Source of the DNA: a virus
Lineage: Duplodnaviria > Caudoviricetes
Virus record (IMG/VR): IMGVR_UViG_2675903060_000003
Coordinates: 1 to 64,000 of that record
Reading direction: 5' to 3' (one strand)
DNA length: 64,000 nt
Part shown: in pieces, positions 9,272 to 17,512 of the stretch
Position numbering within the stretch: the first letter of the stretch is position 1
Layout: every line of letters begins with the position of its first letter
Translations under genes and position numbers: made by a program
Notes under the pieces: generated by a model
The model's database searches: none
Seen by the model: the letters and a program-made list of their open reading frames with translations, nothing else
What the model was told of the DNA's origin: nothing

Positions 9272-10126
9272 ATGACAAGCCACGACACGATCATGCAGGC
9301 ACGGCAGGCACTCGCCGCCCGCCTCAAAGAACTCCGCCTCCATGCCGACGGCCAGCGCATGACCGGCGAACGCCTCGCCGCAGCAATGGGCTGGGAAGGC
9401 AGGAAGGCCCGCATCTCGAAAATCGAGAACGGCACGCAACTCCCCTCCGTGGACGACATCCGCGCGTGGGCCACCGCGTGCGGCGCCGAAGACCAGATCC
9501 CCGACTTGATTGAGCAGGTGCGCACCATCGACAGCATGTACACCGAGTGGCGCCGGCTGGAGAAGACCGGCCTAGGCCAGATCCAGGAAGCGTTCGTCGG
9601 CCTCTACGAGCGGACCGTCCAGCTCCGGGTGTGGCAGCACTCCGCAGTGCCCGGCCTGCTACAGACGGAGGCGTACGCGCGAGCACACCTCTCGACGATC
9701 ATCTCGTTCCGCGGCATCCCCGACGATGTGGAACGGGCCGTCGCGGCGAGAATGGCGCAGCAGCAAACGATCGGCGGAGTACGCCGGTTCGCGTTCCTGA
9801 TCGGCGAGCAGGCGTTGAGGACGCCGATGGTCGACCCCAGCGACATGGCCGCCCAGCTCGACAAGCTGGCTGGTCTGACCAGCGGTAGCCCGCACGTGAG
9901 TGTCGGCATCCTGCCGGGCGGGGTGAAGCCTCCGGTGATGCCACCAGAGAACTTCTGGATCTACGACACGGCGGAGGTCCGGGTGGATGGCGTCGCAGCG
10001 CAGTTCCGGATCAAGAAGCCTGACGACGTCGCGGTGTACGAGAAGGCGTTCGCTGCGTTGGCGCAGGTTGCGGTGTACGGGCAGGCTGCTCGCGAGCTGA
10101 TCGAAGCCGCCGCCGGAGATATTTAA
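9272..10126 (+). CDS. XRE HTH + DUF5753 regulator (WhiJ/Scr1-like)
   Basis: N-terminal HTH (ARISKIENG), VPGLLQTEAYARA motif. Confidence 0.9.
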   Translation: MTSHDTIMQARQALAARLKELRLHADGQRMTGERLAAAMGWEGRKARISKIENGTQLPSVDDIRAWATACGAEDQIPDLIEQVRTIDSMYTEWRRLEKTGLGQIQEAFVGLYERTVQLRVWQHSAVPGLLQTEAYARAHLSTIISFRGIPDDVERAVAARMAQQQTIGGVRRFAFLIGEQALRTPMVDPSDMAAQLDKLAGLTSGSPHVSVGILPGGVKPPVMPPENFWIYDTAEVRVDGVAAQFRIKKPDDVAVYEKAFAALAQVAVYGQAARELIEAAAGDI

Positions 10127-10213
10127 GCAACTTCTCGAAACTTCGTTGGCCCCTCTCGCGCCTCCTATCTACCGTCAGGAACGAACCACTCGCCTGCATG
10201 TGAGGAGGTCCAC

Positions 10214-10423
10214 GTGGATCTGTACAAGCATCCGCTCAACCAGCCGACGTTCCGCCGTCTGTGCGGAGGCAACCAGGACGAGGAAGAGATGGAGTCCTGC
10301 GTCGAGATCGCCCCGATTTCCGGCGCTCCGGACACGTTCGCCCTGCGTGACTCGAAGAACCCGAACGCCGGGACACTCCGGTTCACCGGCGACGAGCTGC
10401 GCGCGGCCGGCATGAACGTCTAG
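10214..10423 (+). CDS. DUF397 (BldB-like) protein
   Basis: CVEIA...ALRDSKNP...LRFT motif; GAGGAGG RBS. Confidence 0.9.
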   Translation: MDLYKHPLNQPTFRRLCGGNQDEEEMESCVEIAPISGAPDTFALRDSKNPNAGTLRFTGDELRAAGMNV

Positions 10424-10502
10424 CACGACACCATGAGGGCGGCCCCTGCCTGATCCAAGCAAGCAGGGGCCGCCCTTTGCACTCTACGAGAGAGAGCCGA
10501 TC

Positions 10503-10895
10503 ATGCACTGGCACGCCTACCGGTGGACCGGCAACGGAGCCGACCGCGGCAACGAGGGCGAGCGCCGCCCTTCCTCGCCGGACTTCCCCGGTTCGCACCT
10601 GCCGCCGATGCGAACGGGCGACTGGCTGGCCAAGCCCGCCTCCCGTATCGCCGATACTTTCCACGGCGCGGAGGACGCGGTGGGGTGGCTGGCCGGCGAG
10701 TACGGCAAGGTAGGCGCGGCTCTGCTTTGCGGGGACCGCATCCCCTTGGAGGACCGTCTGGCGGACGCGCGGGACTTGCTGCCTCGCGGGGTGGACGTCC
10801 AGTGGGGCGAGTGGATGCAGGGCGGCCGGTTCGTGACCTTGGGCGTGATCTGCTGCCCGAACCGGCACGTGCCCCATCCCTGCCCACTGCGCTGA
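10503..10895 (+). CDS. Hypothetical protein with C-terminal Cys/His motif
   Basis: CCPNRHVPHPCP; good coding pattern. Confidence 0.7.
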   Translation: MHWHAYRWTGNGADRGNEGERRPSSPDFPGSHLPPMRTGDWLAKPASRIADTFHGAEDAVGWLAGEYGKVGAALLCGDRIPLEDRLADARDLLPRGVDVQWGEWMQGGRFVTLGVICCPNRHVPHPCPLR

Positions 10896-10907
10896 GCGGA
10901 GACGCGC

Positions 10908-10945
10908 GAGAGCCTCAGCCTGCTTCCCTGCGGGCTGGGGCTCTC
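10908..10945 (+). terminator. Hairpin, copy 2 of the 38-bp repeat
   Basis: 33/38 identical to 9142-9179. Confidence 0.6.
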
Positions 10946-10947
10946 TC

Positions 10948-11886
10948 ATGTCAGGCTATGGGACACCTGCTCGACGACCCGAAGGGAGCATCCTCGTGAG
11001 CCGCGCACACTGGGAGGACATGCCGGAGCAGGCTCACGCCGAGGTGGAGGCTCGCCTCGGGCGGGTCGTCAAGGCGGAGACGGTCGAGGGCGGCATCATG
11101 CCCGGACTGGCCTGCCGCCTGCACATGGAGGACGGCCGGGACGTGTTCCTGAAGGCGATCCAATCCACGCATCCGGGCGCGACCCTGCACCGGCGGGAAG
11201 CGTGGGCCGGGCGAGCCCTGCCGGAGACGGTTCCCGCGCCGCGGCTACTGTGGCACGGCGATGTGGCTGGCTGGCTCCTGATGGCGTCCGAGTTCGTCGG
11301 CGACGCCCGGCACGCTGATCTGTCGCCCGGCTCGCCGGATCTGCCCGCCGTCCTGGAGACGATCGCGGGGCTCGGTGCGATGCTGACCCCTGCCCCTGGC
11401 GGTGCGCCGCCGGTCCTCGACAACATTGCTCCGCTGCAGGCGACGGGGCGTCACCTGCTGCACAGGCCCCCCGGAGTCCTGCCCGACCGGGACGTGTACG
11501 CGGCGGCGCTCGCCCGGTTCGACGCCGGCGCGGTCCGCGGGGACACGCTCCTGCACTACGACCTGTCCGCGAGCAACCTGCTCGTCGCCGACGGCAGGGT
11601 GCACGTCCTGGACTGGTCGTTCGCCGCCCGCGGTGCCGCCTGGATGGACGCGGCCATGTTCGCCCCCCGACTGGTCGAGGCGGGCCACGCCCCGGACGCG
11701 GTGGACGCCATGCTGTCGCGGGTCCCGTCGTGGCGCGAGGTGCCCCGAGACGCGCTCGTGGGCCTGGCTGCGCTGTGGACGATGTTCCGCGTCTACAAGT
11801 CGATGTACGGGCCGGAGGAAGTAAGGGAGGGTCGGGCTCGGGCAGCAGCCGCGGGCCGGGCCTGGCTGGAGCGTCTTGCCGCATAA
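10948..11886 (+). CDS. APH/choline-kinase-like phosphotransferase (start may be GTG ~10996)
   Basis: VFLKA, LLHYDLSASNLL, VLDW motifs. Confidence 0.85.
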   Translation: MSGYGTPARRPEGSILVSRAHWEDMPEQAHAEVEARLGRVVKAETVEGGIMPGLACRLHMEDGRDVFLKAIQSTHPGATLHRREAWAGRALPETVPAPRLLWHGDVAGWLLMASEFVGDARHADLSPGSPDLPAVLETIAGLGAMLTPAPGGAPPVLDNIAPLQATGRHLLHRPPGVLPDRDVYAAALARFDAGAVRGDTLLHYDLSASNLLVADGRVHVLDWSFAARGAAWMDAAMFAPRLVEAGHAPDAVDAMLSRVPSWREVPRDALVGLAALWTMFRVYKSMYGPEEVREGRARAAAAGRAWLERLAA

Positions 11887-11976
11887 CGTCTCCCTGGCCG
11901 AAACAGACCCGCGCTCCCCGCGCTGGCGCGTAGCGTGAAACCCACTACGCATCGCCTACCGCCGGGGAGCACAGCC

Positions 11977-12459
11977 ATGTCCGAGCCCTTCCGACCCCAC
12001 GTCGGCGTGCACCTGATCCTCATCGAGGACGGCAAGATCCTGCTGCTGCTCCGCGCGAACACGAGCTTCGCTGACGGATCCTGGTCAGTGCCCGGCGGCT
12101 GCCTCGACGCCGGCGAAACCCTGCCCGAGGGCGCCGCGCGCGAGGCCCGCGAAGAGCTCGGCATCGTCATCGACCCTGCCGACCTCGCGTTCGCTGGCCT
12201 GTGCCACCACGCCGACCCTGATGGCCAGGCCCGCATCGGCGTGTTCTTCGCCGCCACCCGCTGGACTGGGGAGCCCATCAACGCCGAGCCCGGCAGATGC
12301 GACCAGATCGCCTGGTTCGCGCTCGACGACCTTCCCGACGACGTCGTCACCTACATCCGTACTGGCATCGACGCGTACCGCCACGAACAGGCATTCAGCC
12401 TCGACGGCTGGCAGGCAGCGGTCGCGGGCCGGACACGGCTCGACCGCCTGACCGCGTGA
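11977..12459 (+). CDS. NUDIX hydrolase
   Basis: GGCLDAGETLPEGAAREAREELG Nudix box. Confidence 0.92.
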   Translation: MSEPFRPHVGVHLILIEDGKILLLLRANTSFADGSWSVPGGCLDAGETLPEGAAREAREELGIVIDPADLAFAGLCHHADPDGQARIGVFFAATRWTGEPINAEPGRCDQIAWFALDDLPDDVVTYIRTGIDAYRHEQAFSLDGWQAAVAGRTRLDRLTA

Positions 12460-12512
12460 CCTCGCGCGGACTGTGCGCCCTCGACTCGCCACGAGTCGGG
12501 GGCGTTCGCGTG

Positions 12513-12800
12513 TTACGCCTCCTGCGCCGCCCTGGCTGCCTTTCGGAGCGCCGCCTCCGCCTTGATGGGTCCGCCGTCCCCGTCCCAGCGTTTGTGGCCC
12601 AGGAGGGCAGCGAGGGCGTCGAGACGGGCGGTACGGGCCGCTTCCCACTCCTCCTGGAGCTCTCGCGGTACTGCCGCCTCTCCGGCCGCTACAGCCGTGC
12701 TCGACGGCATGAGCGCGGTGAGGCGCTGAACCTCGGCGTCGACGAGGTCGTAGGCGCGCTGCGCTTCGATCGCCTCAGACGGTATCTGCTGGTCAGACAA
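12513..12800 (-). CDS. Hypothetical helical protein
   Basis: ORF with GGGGA RBS. Confidence 0.6.
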   Translation of the reverse strand: MSDQQIPSEAIEAQRAYDLVDAEVQRLTALMPSSTAVAAGEAAVPRELQEEWEAARTARLDALAALLGHKRWDGDGGPIKAEAALRKAARAAQEA

Positions 12801-12977
12801 TGCTTTCCCCCAGGATGCGGCACGGTCCGTTGATCCTACGACGCCCGCTCATGCCGATCGCCGCTGACGCCCCAGCGGAAGGTGGGACTCCGACTTGTCT
12901 ACGGCCCGTGACAACCCGATCACGTCTGCCGCCGTCTCACTCGTGTCACGTTCCACCCCCTAGTCTCTGGAGTCTCG

Positions 12978-13247
12978 ATGCTCAGACGTCTGCTCGTGTC
13001 CGCCGTCCTCGCCGGGTCGGCTCTGGCCGGCCCTGTGGCGGCTTCCGCGCCCGCCCTGGCCGCCGCTCAGGCACAGGCTTCGGCTGCGTGCACGTACAAG
13101 CGGGACGGGAACGTGTGGCGCTGCATCACGCCTGGCGCGTACTGCCCGAAGGCCGCCCACAGCCGGTACGGGTACGCCAAGACCACGGGCAAGCGGTACC
13201 GGTGTACTCAGTACACGCGGACGACCTGGCGGTGGAAGCGCGCCTGA
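12978..13247 (+). CDS. Small secreted basic 4-Cys protein
   Basis: Signal peptide; CITPGAYC...YRC...WRWK; followed by hairpin 13264-13299. Confidence 0.75.
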   Translation: MLRRLLVSAVLAGSALAGPVAASAPALAAAQAQASAACTYKRDGNVWRCITPGAYCPKAAHSRYGYAKTTGKRYRCTQYTRTTWRWKRA

Positions 13248-13351
13248 CCTCGGACAGCACGAAGGAGCCCCCGCCGGTCCGAAGACCAGCGGGGGCTCCC
13301 CTGTTTGATGAGTTCGTTTCGGTGGCGCACAACCTGATCAAACATTGCTGG

Positions 13352-13480
13352 TCAGGCTCTTTGACGGTCATTTGCCGGCAGTGGCTCCTCGGGCTCCACG
13401 TCGGGGTCGTCGAGCGGGATGTCCAGCAGTTCGGCGATGTTCCGAGGGATGGGCGGGCCGGTGTACTCGTCGTCGCTCAT
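13352..13480 (-). CDS. Small acidic peptide
   Basis: GGAGG RBS; MSDDEYTGPP... Confidence 0.5.
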   Translation of the reverse strand: MSDDEYTGPPIPRNIAELLDIPLDDPDVEPEEPLPANDRQRA

Positions 13481-13525
13481 CGCACCTCCCAACGAGCTCC
13501 CAGCTTCTCCCAGTTCTGGGAGTTG

Positions 13526-13560
13526 AAAGGGGCCGGGCGGCCTTGCGGCGACCCGACCCC
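13526..13560 (-). terminator. Intrinsic terminator
   Basis: GGGGTCGGG...CCCGGCCCC-TTT on the minus strand. Confidence 0.6.
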
Positions 13561-13920
13561 GTAAGCCTGCCCAGCCCCGACCTCCAAGCCGGGACGCGAA
13601 GCCGCACCGGGCAGGCATGTACCCGCTCTCCGTGTTTCCCGAGACAGGTCAGCAGGCCGCCCAGCGCACGTGGTAGGCGACCCGCCGAGCACGCCTCCTG
13701 GTCATCGGATGCGAGCACCGCGGCTACGTACCTGCACCACGACTTGAACGTGGGCCCTCCGCTGTATGAAGGCGGCGCTCTCACCAACTGAGCTATGCAG
13801 GCTTGGGCGGCTACCAGTCCCGGACTCGCACCGGCCCTGTCCCGCCGCCAGGGTGCCCCTTCGGGCCTGCGCCTCGACTATCCCACCGATATGAGGTGGT
13901 CCTCCACCTCTTATCGCCGA
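13561..13920 (-). ncRNA. Candidate large structured RNA surrounding the tRNA
   Basis: Several long G-U-containing helices, a 3-way junction and a cloverleaf-like domain; no credible ORF. Confidence 0.5.
13729..13802 (-). tRNA. tRNA with CAT anticodon (Met or Ile2), atypical
   Basis: GCCTGCA/TGCAGGT acceptor, GCTC-AGTTGGTGA-GAGC D arm, loop TTCATAC, CCACG-TTCAAGT-CGTGG T arm; C31-A39 mismatch; no encoded CCA. Confidence 0.85.
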
Positions 13921-14038
13921 GAAGCACGAGAGCCCCGCACAAGGGCGGGGCTCAAGGCGGGCGCGGAACCGGGGCGGCTCACCGTCCGGAGAACTCCCCG
14001 GCCCACTTCCCTCCCCTACTGGAGAGGACAACGCCAGT

Positions 14039-14227
14039 CTAGCGCGGCAGGTCCTCCGACCGCTTCGCGTTCGGCACCACCCACACGCCCAGAGACGTGA
14101 GCACCGCGAGCACGATGTCGATCCACTCCTGAGGAGTGATCAGGCCGTCTGTGACCGCCGACTTCGCCACGACCACGGCAGCGAACAGCGCCGCGACCAC
14201 GGTCTTCGCGTACTTGCCTACCTGCAT
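14039..14227 (-). CDS. Holin
   Basis: 62 aa, 2 TM, ends GVWVVPN; GGAGG RBS. Confidence 0.8.
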   Translation of the reverse strand: MQVGKYAKTVVAALFAAVVVAKSAVTDGLITPQEWIDIVLAVLTSLGVWVVPNAKRSEDLPR

Positions 14228-14236
14228 GACGGCCTC

Positions 14237-14794
14237 CTATCGGGCCACGTAGCCGAAGCTGAAGTTGTACGCCCGCGACTTGCTCTCGGTGCCGAGCGTG
14301 ACCCAGGCGATGTCCCAGGCGGCCCACTTGTTGGAGCCGGAAGGGCCGTTGTTGAAGATGTGGCCGTTGTAGCCGCAGGCCGTCCGCATGTTGGCGTACA
14401 CGTGCCGGACTCCCGCCCGGTCCACGGAGGCAGCGCCCGCACCCATGTGGATGCGCAGGACAGCGCCGTTCGGCAGGACGTCAGCAGTCGCCTCCGGGGC
14501 GACCGGCAGGACACCGGCACGGAGGCGGTAGGTGTTGCAGCCGAACGTCTTGTCCCGGCCCTTCGCCCAGGCGTCCTGCACCAGCAGGTCCTTGACGTTG
14601 ACGTCGGCCCGCGCGGTCACCTCAACGAACTCGTCGTTCCGGTTGGCCGCGGTGTCCGCGCCGTAGGCGTTGTAGCCGATCGCGGTGATGTCCAGCGAGG
14701 AGATGTCCGCCGAGGCCGGAACGGCACCAGCCACGCTGACAGCAGCGGCGAGGAAGACGGCGGACAGAAGGGTCGCGCTCTTGGAGATGCGCAT
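14237..14794 (-). CDS. Secreted lamin-tail-domain-like protein
   Basis: Signal peptide; ITAIGYNAYGAD...NDEFVEV and HIFNN motifs. Confidence 0.65.
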   Translation of the reverse strand: MRISKSATLLSAVFLAAAVSVAGAVPASADISSLDITAIGYNAYGADTAANRNDEFVEVTARADVNVKDLLVQDAWAKGRDKTFGCNTYRLRAGVLPVAPEATADVLPNGAVLRIHMGAGAASVDRAGVRHVYANMRTACGYNGHIFNNGPSGSNKWAAWDIAWVTLGTESKSRAYNFSFGYVAR

Positions 14795-15007
14795 TTGAGA
14801 GTGCTCCTACAGGGAGGTGAATACGAGAGAGCGCGCCGCATCGGGCAGCGCGCTCCAGGGGAACCTTTTCCTCGAAGGAAACTGTTCGTCAGTTGGCCTC
14901 ATCCACGAGGCCGGGACTGTGCCCGTCTCCGGGCTGCTCCTCCAGCTCGGGACTCGGAGGAGAGATCAGGGTTGGCCACGGCCAGCGGCCCAGCCACAGG
15001 GCGTCGC

Positions 15008-15814
15008 TCACTTGCCGACGTCGAGACGGATGGAGACGTTCTCCAGCTCGGCGCGGATCCGGTCCAGCAGCGAGTCAGCGTCCAGGTTGCTGTCGCGGGC
15101 GGCGAGAGCGTCCGCCAGCGCCTTGATGGTGGCGTCCTGGGCGGCAAGGCGGGCCAGGATCTCCCGGTCCCTGGCGTAACCGTCCTTCGTGTACGCCCAG
15201 ATCTGCCGCAGCGCCGTCTTGGGGTCGATCTTCTGGCCGACGTCCAGGATCTTCTCCCGTGCGGCCCACACGTCGCCGGTGACCGTGCCCGTGAACCGCT
15301 CGTAGACGGCGTCAGCGATGTCCTTCGCAGACGGCATGTCGTCCTCCTCGTAGTCGGGGTTCCAGAAGCCGGCGATGACGTCAGCGGACCTGACGCGCCT
15401 CTTCACGGCGTCGCCGCTGTTGCCCTCGATCGTCTGCACCCTGCCGTCCGGCAGAACCTGCTCCACGAGGCCGACGTGGTCGATCGCGGCGATCCGGTCG
15501 GTGTACTGCCAGTCGAAGTAGACGACCGCGCCAGGCTGGGCGTACTTCTTGATGTTGGCGACGGTGCCGGCGTGCCAGCGGCCCAGCGCTTCGCCGTCCT
15601 CGGCACTCCACACCGTGTACGCGCGGTCTCCTCGCGGCAGCACAGCGTCTTCGTTGCCGGACTGGCGGGCCCACCAGGTGATGCTCATCTGGCACCAGGC
15701 CACCGCGAGGAACTCGGCACCGTTCCGTTTCGCGTAGTCCTTCGTGATCCGGTTCGGCCGGCCGGTGAGGCCGAGGTCCTTGCGTGCGGCGGCGAGCATG
15801 GCTTTCGCGGTCAC
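15008..15814 (-). CDS. Endolysin, CHAP domain
   Basis: AWCQMS, DHVGLVE, TIEGN motifs. Confidence 0.9.
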   Translation of the reverse strand: MTAKAMLAAARKDLGLTGRPNRITKDYAKRNGAEFLAVAWCQMSITWWARQSGNEDAVLPRGDRAYTVWSAEDGEALGRWHAGTVANIKKYAQPGAVVYFDWQYTDRIAAIDHVGLVEQVLPDGRVQTIEGNSGDAVKRRVRSADVIAGFWNPDYEEDDMPSAKDIADAVYERFTGTVTGDVWAAREKILDVGQKIDPKTALRQIWAYTKDGYARDREILARLAAQDATIKALADALAARDSNLDADSLLDRIRAELENVSIRLDVGK

Positions 15815-15966
15815 TTGCTCTCCCCTTCGCCCCGGTAGACGCCGTCCGCGCCAGGAGGCCCGTACAGGGACTTCAGGACGTCCTCCTCGTCGGCCTCGGT
15901 CGGGCCCCAGTCGTGCACGTCCACGTGCGTCCGGGCGAGGTCGGCCTCGGTCTGCTGCTCGCTCAC
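15811..15966 (-). CDS. Small acidic protein (51 aa, not in the ORF track)
   Basis: GGAGG RBS; GTGA overlaps at both ends; MSEQQTEADLARTHVDVHDWGP... Confidence 0.65.
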   Translation of the reverse strand: MSEQQTEADLARTHVDVHDWGPTEADEEDVLKSLYGPPGADGVYRGEGESK

Positions 15967-16475
15967 TGCGCACCTCCATGCGGGTAGTGCTCCACGGGCT
16001 CCAAGCCGGCTGTGACGATCTGCTGTCTCAGGTTGCCGATCATGCGTTCCATGTAGGCGATCCGGGAGCTCATCTCGCCCATCTCTCGCTGCGCCCGATG
16101 TAGCTGGTCCCGCAGGTCCTGGGACGCGGTCCGCTCCGACAGCAGCTTCTCGCTGATCTTGTCGAGCTGTTCCTGAGTCCGTTCGTACTGGGCGCGGATC
16201 CGCGCCAGCTCCTCACGCAACTCGCCGATCGCGTGGTCATAGATCTCTTTCGCGCGGGCGAACGCCTCAGACTCCACCCGCGCCCGCTCGGCCGCGGCAT
16301 GCTGCTCGGCGACCCGCTCGTTGGACTGGGCAGTGACCTTGTTGGCCTTCACGCTCGCCCGCCCAGCCAGAATGCCGGTCACCGCAGCGCTCACCAGCGC
16401 CAGCGCAGCCACACTGATGGCGACCGTATTGTCCGGCGCCCATCCTTGCGGCTCGACCAGCAAGGTGGTGATCAA
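15963..16475 (-). CDS. Membrane-anchored coiled-coil protein (lysis accessory)
   Basis: One TM plus a long coiled coil. Confidence 0.75.
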   Translation of the reverse strand: MITTLLVEPQGWAPDNTVAISVAALALVSAAVTGILAGRASVKANKVTAQSNERVAEQHAAAERARVESEAFARAKEIYDHAIGELREELARIRAQYERTQEQLDKISEKLLSERTASQDLRDQLHRAQREMGEMSSRIAYMERMIGNLRQQIVTAGLEPVEHYPHGGAQ

Positions 16476-16481
16476 TGGGCG

Positions 16482-16904
16482 TCACCTTTCGTTGGGAAGG
16501 GATGGGGTCGTAGCCTCCGGGACCTTCGCGATCGTGTGAACCACCCTCGCGAACCCCAGCCAGATCACCACCGACCACCACGCCTGAGGCACCCCCCACA
16601 GCCAGGCGGCGGCGTGCAGCAACGCCCAACCCACCTTCAGCGCGGACGCAGCCGCGAACGCCCACCGGTCGTGCGCGGCGAATGCCTGCACCAGACACAG
16701 CCCGCCGACGGCCGCCCACACCGCCCCCCACACAGGAAGCGGCGCCAACGCGGCTAGGAACTGGCCTGTCGGAGTCATGGACGTCTCAGGCGAAGGCCAG
16801 GTAAGCCTGTAGGCGTTGACGAAGTCCAGCAAGGCCAGCGCCAGCAGGAACTCGCCACGGATCCCAATACGTCGTCGAACACAGCACAGCAGGGGCACCA
16901 TCAA
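16482..16904 (-). CDS. 4-TM membrane protein (holin-like)
   Basis: Hydrophobic; upstream of the lysin. Confidence 0.7.
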   Translation of the reverse strand: MMVPLLCCVRRRIGIRGEFLLALALLDFVNAYRLTWPSPETSMTPTGQFLAALAPLPVWGAVWAAVGGLCLVQAFAAHDRWAFAAASALKVGWALLHAAAWLWGVPQAWWSVVIWLGFARVVHTIAKVPEATTPSLPNER

Positions 16905-17101
16905 GCAGCTCCGGAGGCAGGCATAGCAGGAGGGCAGGGCGCCTGTGTTACGGGTCGAGCCGGAGGAAAGGGGGGTGCCGCCCGCCCCGCACCCTCAACA
17001 GGCGGACGGCACCGACAAGGGGTGGACCGCCCGCGGGTCCCTTCACCGACGCGACAGCGCCCCCGGTGGCGCAGGAGTCGATTACCGCGGGCGGCCACGT
17101 A

Positions 17102-17512
17102 TCAGGGGGCAGGCCACAGGCCGATCGTCGCGCCCTTGTTGATCACGTCGCGGAGTGGGGTGAACAGTTGATTGACCACGTCAGCGCGTAGATCGTTGTA
17201 GTTCTGCGCGGTCGGGGTGCCGCCGATCGTCGCCGGGCTCGTGAAAGACGCCGGGTACGGCGGAGTCGCGACGGGCACGTTGAGCTGGTTGAGGCGCTGC
17301 GTACCCGACGACGTCGCCACGAAAAGCTCGCCACCGTTGCTGCCGATCTGGATCTCCCCCGGCCCCACGGAGGGGATCGCCATGTCAGCCATCCGCCAGC
17401 CCTGCGACGCCGTAGTGAGCGGTGCCCGCTGCCGGACCAGCGCCCGCAGTTCGTTGACCTCCGCCCGTAGCCGCGCTACTTCGTCGGCGAGGTCACCAGG
17501 GAACTTATCCAC
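17102..17512 (-). CDS. Minor tail protein
   Basis: N-terminal coiled coil; follows the hub gene. Confidence 0.7.
   Translation of the reverse strand: MDKFPGDLADEVARLRAEVNELRALVRQRAPLTTASQGWRMADMAIPSVGPGEIQIGSNGGELFVATSSGTQRLNQLNVPVATPPYPASFTSPATIGGTPTAQNYNDLRADVVNQLFTPLRDVINKGATIGLWPAP

Noticed and set aside
10948-11886. Aminoglycoside resistance gene
   Set aside because: Only generic kinase-fold motifs; substrate cannot be inferred
13763-13771. TCA (Sec/opal suppressor) reading of the tRNA anticodon
   Set aside because: Stem geometry centres CAT; no long variable arm
13729-13802. tRNA as the prophage attachment site
   Set aside because: No duplicated 3' fragment or integrase seen in the window; the two tRNA-like genes differ in sequence
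13805-13887. YrlA-type Y RNA
   Set aside because: Arm order is tRNA-like (T arm last) rather than permuted, and no recognisable Ro/TROVE gene is in the window
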